Assembly (NCBI GenBank): GCA_002256025.1
Contig: NKIB01014928.1
Span: 1 to 39,457, forward strand
DNA from: Asterionella formosa
Lineage: Eukaryota
Direction: 5' to 3'
DNA length: 39,457 bases
The notes beneath the pieces were generated by a model. It saw nothing but the letters and a program-made list of their open reading frames with translations, did not search any database and was not told the origin of the DNA. A program made the translations under genes and the position numbers. Below, piece after piece: positions 1 to 9,817 of the stretch (positions are counted from its first letter, which is position 1; each line of letters starts with the position of its first letter).

Positions 1-250
1 ACCCTCTCCTGATCCCATCAGCCAACACCATGACTCCTTCTTTCCGCATGTGATTCCCTGCCAAGTAGAGCATATGCAAGGCAGATCCAAACAAAGCACG
101 TGCCTATGATCTAATCCCATCATCGCCTACTTGGTTGAATCCAAGATCCAATGATCCCAAAGCGCGGTGCGCTGAAATCCCGACAGCCAATGTATTAAAA
201 CATACCTTCGTTGCCCAAGTTGTTGTAACCTGGTCCACTTTGACTAAGCG
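1..250 (-). pseudogene. Ribonuclease-inhibitor-type (NLRC3-like) leucine-rich-repeat gene fragment, disrupted; runs off the window
   Basis: Minus-strand translation gives GYNNLGNEG / LAVGISAHRALGSLDLGFNQVGDDGIRS*ARALFGSALHMLYLAGNHMRKEGVMVLADGIRRG. This fits the LxxLxLxxNxIGDxG RI-type LRR consensus. There is an in-frame TAG at 104-106 and a frameshift near 200. Confidence 0.75.
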
Positions 251-1110
251 TGCGTCCGATGACTGCAATCCTCGCTGTGATAATCAATTTACCAATCGTG
301 AGTACAGATGGAGTATTTGAGGGAAAAAAGCTCCAAGGGGTTGGAATAACTGAGCCACGACACAGGGCAAGAAAACAACATGCACTTGGGGTGCTTGTAC
401 GAGTAATTAACTTGGTTAGCTACTATCGTTGTTGCATGAGTGCTGAAGGACACTCTCTCGAATCTGCGATGCTTTGGCGTAGTGCAAGTTCAAAATGCCA
501 ATTTTACTTTGACAATGCGCACTTACTTCAGCCTACAGCGGCGATGTTACTCTTTTTACTGTCATTTCTTGGCCAATTCATACCTTCTTGGCATATTTAC
601 CATATGTCACTTGAGTTGTCTTTCGCAATGATTTATCCTCTAAAAAAATTTTATCTTGAACTTTTAAAATATGTAGTTGTAACATCAACTAGTTTTGTCT
701 TGGAAATCACTGTATGATTCTGAACCATCACATGAAAACCTTGAAGAGAAGTCTTGTTCACTATAATAGTTCATATTTTTTACGTGAAGTGCACAACTAT
801 AAACTGTAGATTGTCCATGCATGAAATAAGACACCACAAATATCATTACTATTTCACAAATAAAGATGCGTGTAGTAAATGAATTAGCCACGAGAGCAGG
901 ATATTAGTTGAACTTTGAAATGAATTGTTTGAAACATCAACTAATTCAGTCTTGAATTCAAAGTTGATTGTGAAAACTTCACATGAAACCGTTAAAAGTA
1001 ACCTTTTGTATGGGAAGAGTGGCATTAATACATGTCAAGTACCCCATCATTAACACTCCTAGTGCGTAAATGAAATTTCAAAAAGTGGCATATTTCCCGG
1101 CTTAGTAGAT

Positions 1111-1639
1111 GTGGTACTGGAAGGGCAAACAATCACAAGAAAATACACAAAGGATGAGCTCCTTAAACAACTAAGGCAAAGAGGAATATTAGCAAAGGGT
1201 AAGAAGCAAGCAATACAATCAAAGGCGCAAGAACACAACTTACCAATTGAAGAGACTAAAGCAAAAGTTATCGAAGCAAGAATGGGAAAATAAACCAAAG
1301 GGTCTGTTGCAGGTACTTTGGGAGCGTGGATTTATTGACAAATTGAGATTGGAGAACTACACGTTGAATGGAAAGCAGAATGCATTTGGATTTGTCCAGA
1401 AAGATTTTTCTTTGAAGTCGCTGATGGGAAACTGTCTTGATTTCGAGGAAGAGGAGACACTATTTCAGTCAATGCGAAGGGAAATGGGAGTACTTGTTGA
1501 CGGAACGCCGAAATGTCACTGTGAACTTGTTGCAGGAGAGGGAATCGAGATTTCTTGTGGTTGCAACAAGAATTTTTACCGTCGGGTTTCTCTGAAGAAA
1601 TTTTTGTTTTCGTCACAATTATTTACTCTTAATTATTAA
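1111..1639 (+). mobile_element. Degenerate DNA-transposon transposase C-terminal fragment (IS630/Tc1-mariner-related, DDE_3-like family)
   Basis: ORFs 1111-1293 and 1247-1639 join through a frameshift near 1275. They contain W-x-x-KPKGLLQVLWERG, LMGNCLDFEEEET and TPKCHCELVAGEGIE..CG.NKNFYRR, a variant of the PKFHCELNPIE..W catalytic-Glu motif. The fragment is truncated at both ends. Confidence 0.7.
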
Positions 1640-2240
1640 ATGCAAAAGAAAATCCATACTAAGGCCTACGTATCCTACTATATTGATCTTCAGGTTGCAA
1701 CCAGCCATAATCTGTAATAATCTACCAGGTACCTGTCGTAGTAGGGACATGAAAGTTGTTGCACTTTTTATCCTATAATAAATTGTTTATTTAAGCACAA
1801 TGGCTGCCACTTGCTCGCAGCAGGTCTATCATACGAATGCATATACGTAGATTAGTGTACCGGTGGTACCAGTAGTTATGCTCACCGGGCACCTTTTACC
1901 TGGTCCCTGGTACCAGGTTACCAGGCACACTAAATAAATAGTACTGCCTCGGAGTGCTTACCGGTACTAATTAACTTTCTTGTATCATTGACTACCGGTA
2001 TGTTGTCCCAGGTGTGTACTGGTACCCCCAGGTACCGGTACCAGGTACTCCAAGTACAAACATGACCAGTAGTAACTAATACATGCTACTATAGCTTCTA
2101 CATACATGATTGATAAATGCCGCCTCTCCCCTCTTCAGTTCTTGCTCTTCATTGCTTGACAATCACAATCGGATTTGCAGGGCTCTTCAATATACGTACT
2201 TGCTTATTCTGCTTTCCACCATCAGGCGAAACTCTCAAAC

Positions 2241-4310
2241 ATGTCTCAGTCTCGAAACAGTGGTCAAATAAAGAATCGAGCGCCAGCTCCGATTCAAATC
2301 TCTGCCGAACAGATCCTTCGTGAAGCTGCTGATCGTCAGGAAACCCACATTCTAGATCCCATCACCAAGATTCATGACGCAGAAGAGTACCAATCTCATC
2401 TCGCCGATCGTCGAAAGCACTTTGAAGACAACATCCGCTATAGACGAGAGCATATAGGTAACTGGGTCAAGTACGCTCGATTTGAGGAAGACAACAAGGA
2501 GTTTGTTCGTGCTCGGTCTGTGTTTGAACGAGCACTGGAAGTTGAATATCGTTCCGGCGAGCTATGGCTACGTTATGCTGAGTTTGAAATGAGAAATGAA
2601 TTCGTCAACCATGCACGAAACATCTTAGACCGAGCGGTTCAGTTGTTGCCACGAATTGACTTCTTGTGGTACAAGTATGTGTATATGGAAGAAATGGTTG
2701 GTAATTTGCCCAAATGCAGGACAGTGTTTGAAAGATGGATGAAATGGAACCCAGATGACAACGGATGGCTGTCTTATGCTAGATTTGAAACTCGTTGTCA
2801 TCAGCTGGACCGAGCAGAAGCTGTTATGCGGCGGTATGTTAATACATATCCCTCAGCTCAGGCCTTTCTTCGATTCGCCAAATGGGCCGAGTTTGAAGCC
2901 AAGAACGTTACCTTAGCAAGAAACATCTTTGAAAGCGCTCTTCACGAGCTTGAACCCGAGGAATCTCGACAAGCTAGAGTGTTTAAGCAATTTTCCGCTT
3001 TTGAAGAGCGTCAGGGAGAGTACGAACGAGCTCGAGTGATTTATAAACATGCTGTGCAACTCTTAAAGCTTGGTCAGGTCGATGAAGACGAAGATCTAAC
3101 TGATGGCGAAAAATTTAAAAGGCAGGAACTATACAAAGCGTATGTTTCGTTTGAGAAGAAGTACGGCGATAAGGAAGGCATCGAAGATGTCTTGTTGATG
3201 AAACAAAAGACCGCGTATCAATGTCGATTGCAAAGTAGTCCAAGGGATTACGACGGATGGTTTGAGTACGCAAAGCTTATCCAAGACCACGGAACTAATG
3301 CCGAGGATGTCCGCGAAATATACGAGCAGGCAGTTTCAAACATCCCTCCGTCGCAACAGAAGGAACATTGGCGTCGATATATTTATCTTTGGATTTACTA
3401 CGCTGTTTATGAGGAACTCGATTGCAAAGATCTGGAGCGAGCTTCGCAAGTGTACGAGGCATGTCTTTCTGTCATTCCTCACAAGAAATTCAGTTTCAGC
3501 AAAATATGGATCAATTGTGCAAAATTATACGTTCGACGGAAGGACTTGGTTGCTGCGAGGAAACTGCTTGGCAGAGCAATCGGCCTCTGCGGAAAGGAGC
3601 GCATCTTCACGGAGTATATTGGCTTGGAGTTGGCATTGGGAGAGATTGATCGGTGCAGAGTGCTTTATGCAAACTATCTCAAGGCGATGCCACACAACTG
3701 CAAAGCATGGTCAAAATATGCAGAACTTGAAAAGTCAGTTGGGGAAACTGATAGATGTCGTGCAATATTCGAGCTTGCTGTTGCTCAACCTTCCTTGGAT
3801 ATGCCAGAGATGGTCTGGAAGGGGTTTATTGATTTTGAAATCGACGAAGGGGAGTCAGATAATGCCCGAAAGCTATATGTGCGATTACTAGAGAAGACTG
3901 GCCATGTCAAGGTTTGGATTTCATTTGCCCAATTTGAAGGAACTGAAATTGGTAACGGCACTGAGGCCGCTCGGTCGATCTTTCAAAAGGCGAACAACCA
4001 GCTAAAGGATGAAGGCCTGAAGGAAGAACGTGTTTTGCTACTGGATGCATGGAGAGTCTTTGAAAAGGCTAAGGGCGAGCCGAGGAGTGTATCTGTTGTT
4101 GAAGGCAAGATGCCTCGACGTGTCAAGAGAAAGAGAATGCGAATGGACGACAATGGAGCGGAGCTCGGCTGGGAAGAATATTTTGACTATCATTTTCCCG
4201 ACGATCAGGATGCTGCATCGAGCAACATAAAGATTCTAGAGATGGCTGCTAAATGGAAGAAACTCCAAGAGGAGCAGGTTGATGGGTCGGACTCAGATGA
4301 TGACGAATGA
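2241..4310 (+). CDS. CRNKL1: Crooked neck-like pre-mRNA splicing factor (Clf1/Syf3, HAT repeats), intronless
   Basis: The N-terminus has IKNRAPAPIQISAEQILREA and RRKHFEDNIR, followed by many HAT repeats (WVKYARFEE..ARSVFERAL). The C-terminus has WEEYFDYHFPDD..KILEMAAKWK. First ATG is at 2241; the ORF track starts at an upstream TTG. Confidence 0.97.
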   Translation: MSQSRNSGQIKNRAPAPIQISAEQILREAADRQETHILDPITKIHDAEEYQSHLADRRKHFEDNIRYRREHIGNWVKYARFEEDNKEFVRARSVFERALEVEYRSGELWLRYAEFEMRNEFVNHARNILDRAVQLLPRIDFLWYKYVYMEEMVGNLPKCRTVFERWMKWNPDDNGWLSYARFETRCHQLDRAEAVMRRYVNTYPSAQAFLRFAKWAEFEAKNVTLARNIFESALHELEPEESRQARVFKQFSAFEERQGEYERARVIYKHAVQLLKLGQVDEDEDLTDGEKFKRQELYKAYVSFEKKYGDKEGIEDVLLMKQKTAYQCRLQSSPRDYDGWFEYAKLIQDHGTNAEDVREIYEQAVSNIPPSQQKEHWRRYIYLWIYYAVYEELDCKDLERASQVYEACLSVIPHKKFSFSKIWINCAKLYVRRKDLVAARKLLGRAIGLCGKERIFTEYIGLELALGEIDRCRVLYANYLKAMPHNCKAWSKYAELEKSVGETDRCRAIFELAVAQPSLDMPEMVWKGFIDFEIDEGESDNARKLYVRLLEKTGHVKVWISFAQFEGTEIGNGTEAARSIFQKANNQLKDEGLKEERVLLLDAWRVFEKAKGEPRSVSVVEGKMPRRVKRKRMRMDDNGAELGWEEYFDYHFPDDQDAASSNIKILEMAAKWKKLQEEQVDGSDSDDDE

Positions 4311-4324
4311 GCAAGTGAACCTGT

Positions 4325-7300
4325 TTATTCTAGATTATGAACGTAGTCTTTGCTCTGATCGTCACAGAAATTAATAGCAATCTTGCCATCATTGGACCAG
4401 CTGCGTTTCATGGCATTCATGACTATATCTGTAGTTGCATACGACGGGACAAACTGACCATTCACCGCCTCGATCGACAGATGGACCTTGCCGTTTATAT
4501 CTTTGTGCTTAGACATTGCCGTTTGAAAGGGACCACACACAGCGAATAAATCAGTCAATACAATTTCTCGGCTACTTTTCCTACTTTCAAAAACGCACCC
4601 AAGTTGGTTGAAGCTATTTGCAGTAACACAAATGGTATCTGCATTTTCAACATCAAAACGGCCGTCGTCGTGAACTCCATGAAGTGAGGCAACCCATTGT
4701 CTTTCTTTTTGTCGCGGACGGGCGAACGTAAGAGCGATTGGGTACATGTACTCATTCTTCAATATCTTGTAAATATCGCCCAGTTCAGGATATGTATTTT
4801 CACCAGTCAATTTGCAACCAGCGCCCACAGGAATCCCGTTGACAAAAACAAGTTGGTCTCCAATCAGGATGCCCCCAGTTTCAACAGTACCGTTCACCTC
4901 CAAAAAGCCCTTCAATCTGATCCTCTTTGTGCCAGTGTCGCTGTTCTTTTCCTCGTCTAATAAGAATTCTTCAGGGCCACCAACTTCCGATATGCCGACA
5001 TCAATGGCCTTGTCAAAGACTTCTTGGTACATGTATGGTTTAACAAAACTAATTGTCAGAGGGCGCTGAGTACCGAATCGCTCAAGAAGCTCCAGCGCAC
5101 GCTGCTTTCCTTTCCCGTTCTCGCCCAGGACAAGTTCACCGTTGATTTTACAGAGAAGGTCACCGGGATGTAAATTTCCAGCCTTTTCAGCCTCGAGTAC
5201 TGTCCCACCAGGACCAGACACAAAGCTCCTCAGAACCAAGCTAAAATTGTCTGGAGATGACGCAAATTCGATACCAATCTCACGGCTGTCTTGGAAAGTA
5301 ACATCTCGAACATCAAAGGCTCGTACGGGATCAATTATTTCCTCTTGCGTGCTCTTAGAACGAAGAGCAAATTGTTTCATTTGCTCAGCAGCATCGTTCC
5401 TTGCTAAACGGAAACGAATTGACTTGGGTCGACTTGGATCCTTTAGAGCCTCATAAAGTTCTTCTTGAATTTCATACTTTGTCCCATTCACTGAAACGAT
5501 GGTTGCCCCGTTGAACACGTTGGGATCAATATCTTTACCTTCGCACATCTTCCGTGCTTGACTTCCTCGAGGGAAATCGACAACTTTCAACAACCCACTG
5601 TCGTCATTCAACAGTAAGTTCATTCCAAGCGGGAGGCATTCCCTCCACACCAGTTCGATCAAGTCCTCGTCGTCGTTTGGCAGAGCTGCAATGATAACCT
5701 GTTCGTCTGCTTCGACAAGTGAATCAAGATCCAGCTGTGCCGTTCGCATAATCAGGCCCCAGTAAGGAGCTAGATTCATATTTAGTTTCTCCAGGACGAT
5801 TCCGCTTCTGTTCGTCAAGATATTTACGATTGTGCGGACAATGTAGTCTCGCAATCGACCTCGTAGCCAACTCGCCAGTTTGTTGGCAACCCACGTGAGC
5901 CGCCCCTCGCCCTGAAATGTGAGTTCGACTTGATCTATCGTGCAACTTCTGTCATGAAGACACAAGACCGGTTCCCACTGTACGTCAGCCCTTGAAGAAA
6001 CCGTTTCTCCGCTACTGTACTTCTTCTTTTGCTTTCTAAGTTCGAATTGCAAACGAATAGAGCCATCTGAGAGCCTAATGTTAGCCCTCCCACTTCCCTT
6101 CAAGTAAGGCATGTAAGTTTGTTCAAACTCCCAGATTGCGTCATCAAGAATAGCGGATATTCGCTGAACATCGATGATCAAGAGCTCGGTCGCTTTTGCT
6201 GCAATGGGAGCATCTAGTATCCCCCAAATCGGATCTACCACGTTCATGTTGCAATTGGGGTGGGCCATGTCGATTGTAGGAATAACATCCATCTCAATGG
6301 CCCCTCCTGTTCGTATTTGAACATCGAGCCTGTCAGGAAAGCACACCTTTTTGGTAGCTTTCATTCCGGCAATGCTGACTTCTATGTCTTCTTTCTTGAC
6401 CTTGAATCCCGCCATACTGAGATTAGACAGATTGTACACCAAGCCATCTTTGACACCTTCAAATGGCGGTACAGGCATTGATGGCAAAATTCGAAGCATA
6501 AAGTCTAATGCGGTATCAGTCGCCGACGAGAGTAGTTCTTGGCGCGCCTTCTCGTCAGTAACCACATTGCCTGCAGCATCAAGGAGTTGATCAACATCAA
6601 TGGACTCCATGTGCTGCATGACAGTATCTTTCGTAATTCCTGCCTTTTCTGCAATCTGAAGAGCATCTTGTACCATTTTGTTGCCAGATATTCCTTCGAT
6701 AGCATCCAGCACGAATTCGCCTTGCTTGACAAACGTCTCGCCAGCTGCTACAACATTTTCGTCATTAAGAATGTTGACCACTTCGTCCATTAGTCCATTG
6801 ACAGTAAGATCTCCTGATATCAACTTACGGACGTGATGGAGTCCGGCAATAACGTGTGGGTCAGTCACATTCGACTCGGCGTAGTTCAACTGTTTTTCAA
6901 TCTCCTTGGATGCGCGTTTTGCGATAGGCTCAAAAATAGATGCCGTGCCGCCTTCACCTCGGGCGATCGACGCGATATCTTCCGGAGATAGGTCATGTTC
7001 AAGATGAGTTTCCAAGTCACATAAGACCAGTTCAATACGAATTAAGGCGACATCTTGGTATTCATTTCGGCGAGACAACACAGAAATCAAGGTTTCATGA
7101 GCTTCTTTCCTCGTTGAAGTTGCTGTCGCTTGAAGGCTTGTCAGCATTGATTTCATTTGTCCACTGTTAACGCCATCATTAGAGACTGTTGAAAGTGCTC
7201 CAGCAATGATGGAGTCAAGACCACCATGCGACCCGCTTCTCACCTCAATGGCAGAAACGAGACGACTTCGAACAGCATCCCCAAGCTCAAGTGACTTCAG

Positions 7301-8485
7301 TCGAGCCAATGCAGCATCGCCTTCGGTGAAAGATTTGGTTAGCTTTGATCCTACCTCTCCAGCCCAATCGAGCTGACCTTTTGAAAACAGATTATTCGCT
7401 CTAGCTTGCAATCGACTAGCTCCTTCCATAAAGAGACTTCCAGATTTCGTGGATAATAGCCTACCTGTGGCTGCCTGCCATTCCGAGGTCTTACCAGTAA
7501 TCGTCTCAAATATTCCACTGAGCGTTCTGTCTGATTTTGCTGCAGTTGAGAGTGAATCAAACATGGTAGTAAAGTTTCTTTCAATTTCCCCTTGAAGGGC
7601 CTGAATATCCTCCTTGTTAACATCCGCGTCGTTCAAGAGCTCCTCCAATGCGGTCAATGCAGCAAGCCGAGATTTCGCTATGGAATCAGAAAAAGAACCT
7701 GAGTCGTCACTATCGGCAATCTCAAATCCGGCCTTTCTAAGAGCATCCTTGGTAGCTTTTGAAATATCGGTTGTCATGAGCTCTTTGAGTCGTTGCTGGC
7801 CTTTCTGAAGCAAAACAGTCAATTCTTCGTCCCTAAGCATGTTGATAACGTCCTTCATATCCTCTTCCTTTGGAATCGCATCTTTGACTGTGTTCGTCAA
7901 TTTTTCAATATTTTCCTTACTCAAAACATCCTGAGACTTATTATTTGCACTATCTGTGGATGATACAATCAGTTCTTTGGATTTTTGAACAACTTGAACT
8001 ACTTTCTTATCATGCAGCAAGCGTGATGTGGCTTGGGCCGCCAAGTCTCCTTGTTTCATGAGCTCGTGCAAAAGTGGATAAAACTTGGCACTTGAAGCTT
8101 TTTCTAACTCTTCAGGATTCACTTCAATCAACTGAGTCGGCGTGAACGATTCGTTCTCATTCTCGTTGACAAGAGATACCAGAAACTTCGCGGAACTCTC
8201 GTGGAACGCATGAACCATGACTTTTAGTTTTTGTTCGCCTTGTAATAGAAAGGTAATCATTCCTGGAGCTGCAGGAAGATTTCCAATCATGGAATCTTTG
8301 TTCAAGTACGCTGTGGATGATGAACCCACTGACTTGCCAGGAAGGCGCCAAAGACTGACCTGGTAAGACAACGAGAACGATGGATCTTCAGAATGCGAAT
8401 CGGCAAGTGGAACAGCAACCAGGACTCCGATTCCATACGATGTTCTGACGACATCTCCAGGTAAGTATGAAGCCATCGAGTCCAT
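4325..8485 (-). CDS. Large hypothetical protein (1386 aa): N-terminal SH3/KOW-like motif, helical region, BPI/TULIP-like beta segment, three to four C-terminal PDZ-like domains
   Basis: Uninterrupted 4.16 kb ORF. GDVVRTSYGIGVLV at the N-terminus. LPSMPVPPFEG..YNLSNLSMAGFKV..WEFEQTYMPYLKGSGRANIRL..IDQVELTFQGEGRLTWVANKLASWL resembles the BPI/LBP N-domain. PDZ-like segments include PLGMNL..GATIVSVNG, IGIEF..LHPGDLLCKING and GGILIGDQLVFVNGIPV. The domain calls are by eye. Confidence 0.85.
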   Translation of the reverse strand: MDSMASYLPGDVVRTSYGIGVLVAVPLADSHSEDPSFSLSYQVSLWRLPGKSVGSSSTAYLNKDSMIGNLPAAPGMITFLLQGEQKLKVMVHAFHESSAKFLVSLVNENENESFTPTQLIEVNPEELEKASSAKFYPLLHELMKQGDLAAQATSRLLHDKKVVQVVQKSKELIVSSTDSANNKSQDVLSKENIEKLTNTVKDAIPKEEDMKDVINMLRDEELTVLLQKGQQRLKELMTTDISKATKDALRKAGFEIADSDDSGSFSDSIAKSRLAALTALEELLNDADVNKEDIQALQGEIERNFTTMFDSLSTAAKSDRTLSGIFETITGKTSEWQAATGRLLSTKSGSLFMEGASRLQARANNLFSKGQLDWAGEVGSKLTKSFTEGDAALARLKSLELGDAVRSRLVSAIEVRSGSHGGLDSIIAGALSTVSNDGVNSGQMKSMLTSLQATATSTRKEAHETLISVLSRRNEYQDVALIRIELVLCDLETHLEHDLSPEDIASIARGEGGTASIFEPIAKRASKEIEKQLNYAESNVTDPHVIAGLHHVRKLISGDLTVNGLMDEVVNILNDENVVAAGETFVKQGEFVLDAIEGISGNKMVQDALQIAEKAGITKDTVMQHMESIDVDQLLDAAGNVVTDEKARQELLSSATDTALDFMLRILPSMPVPPFEGVKDGLVYNLSNLSMAGFKVKKEDIEVSIAGMKATKKVCFPDRLDVQIRTGGAIEMDVIPTIDMAHPNCNMNVVDPIWGILDAPIAAKATELLIIDVQRISAILDDAIWEFEQTYMPYLKGSGRANIRLSDGSIRLQFELRKQKKKYSSGETVSSRADVQWEPVLCLHDRSCTIDQVELTFQGEGRLTWVANKLASWLRGRLRDYIVRTIVNILTNRSGIVLEKLNMNLAPYWGLIMRTAQLDLDSLVEADEQVIIAALPNDDEDLIELVWRECLPLGMNLLLNDDSGLLKVVDFPRGSQARKMCEGKDIDPNVFNGATIVSVNGTKYEIQEELYEALKDPSRPKSIRFRLARNDAAEQMKQFALRSKSTQEEIIDPVRAFDVRDVTFQDSREIGIEFASSPDNFSLVLRSFVSGPGGTVLEAEKAGNLHPGDLLCKINGELVLGENGKGKQRALELLERFGTQRPLTISFVKPYMYQEVFDKAIDVGISEVGGPEEFLLDEEKNSDTGTKRIRLKGFLEVNGTVETGGILIGDQLVFVNGIPVGAGCKLTGENTYPELGDIYKILKNEYMYPIALTFARPRQKERQWVASLHGVHDDGRFDVENADTICVTANSFNQLGCVFESRKSSREIVLTDLFAVCGPFQTAMSKHKDINGKVHLSIEAVNGQFVPSYATTDIVMNAMKRSWSNDGKIAINFCDDQSKDYVHNLE

Positions 8486-8904
8486 GTGCTTGGTTGGGAG
8501 GTATTGCTTTCAGTCCGATGGCAAAGCAAATCGTTCAATTCTAAACTTCGCCACCGATTTTGAAATATATATGATTGTTGCCCACCAACTTGCTTTTCAT
8601 CCCAGATTCTGCGGCGGCTTTATCATACGTACACAGACGTACATGTACCGCTGTACAGTATACCGTCACATAATAGTGATGTAATATGTAGTGAGGTTGT
8701 ATAATGATATCACAGCTTCAAAAAGCCGGACTATAATCTACCAGTAAGCAATACATACCGATACTGTACCAAGTACATTAATCTTGCTGCTACAGCAACA
8801 AGTACCAGGTACCGTATGATGTACCAGTAATTCTGAATCCGGCTCCAATACACCTACCGGTACCGGTATTCTGAATCAAACGGACACTTGCTTCGAAGAA
8901 TTAG

Positions 8905-9420
8905 GTCGTAACTGGTGGTTCGAAGGGCATTTACCTGGCTACAACTCATACGCTGCTGACCCATAATGCCGTAGGGGTCTGTTGTTTAGATCCAGAAAGT
9001 CCCTGCCATGACTTAGTGGAAGAACTGCAGGTTTCCTTCCCGAATGCCACGATTTCTCATCTTGCGGGTGACGTCCCGACAAAAGGGGCTGACCGAGACG
9101 ACGAACCCTCACTTTGGAGAATGGAACCTTCATGGTTGTATCAACAACGTAGGAATTAACATACGCAAAACAATCTTGGAACAACGGAAGGAGACTATGA
9201 CACTATCACGAAGATCAATGTCAACTCAGCATACTTTCTCTGTCGACTGTTCAAGCCGCTTGTTGATACGTCTGGATAGACCATTGTCAATGTTTCGTCT
9301 GCAGCTAGCGTTCTTTCATCTGGAACTGGTGCCGCGTATGGACTTTCCAAGGCAGCCTTGAATCAATTTACCAAGACCCGGGTGTCAATGCCGTGACACC
9401 CTGGATGATTATGACATTCA
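8905..9420 (+). pseudogene. Tropinone-reductase-like short-chain dehydrogenase (SDR) pseudogene
   Basis: SDR motifs appear in order but in shifting frames: VVTGGSKGI (8905), LHGCINNVGINIRKT (~9128), SSGTGAAYGLSKAALNQFTK (YxxxK catalytic motif, ~9317-9376) and VNAVTPW (~9384). Multiple frameshifts and deletions are present. Confidence 0.8.
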
Positions 9421-9817
9421 TGTTGATGGACGATGTCAAGGAGAATACCAAACAAATACATGGCTATGATAGCAAAACGCTTTCCTTTTTCGATTAGGTT
9501 CCATTTCTATACATATTGAGGACCATAATATAGAGAGGAAAGAATGAGCTGTATATACGACCCGCATGGTGCTCTATAATTCTTTATGTTTCTTCTGTTT
9601 CCAAGAATGTACTAGTAGTATAGACCTCTGCTTCTTTGCACAGTGAGCAGTTGTCGATGGTGAAATTATGAACTAGCAATATGAACACATGCGGCTGGTG
9701 CAGACATTATTCCCGAAACTCTTGACTAGCTTTACACGGTAGGGACCTTTCATTTTGTATACACACATTGATCTCTTGAGAAATACATGTCAAGTAACAT
9801 TATAATGCCTTTCCAAA

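Noticed and set aside
250..891. ORFs 250-717, 440-631 and 685-891
   Set aside because: No family motif recognised; they lie in decayed AT-rich sequence between two relics.
3262..3891. 209-aa alternative-frame ORF inside CRNKL1, and similar shadow ORFs within ASPM, the PDZ-like gene, DUS1 and the IQ gene
   Set aside because: No recognisable motifs; expected by-products of long coding regions.
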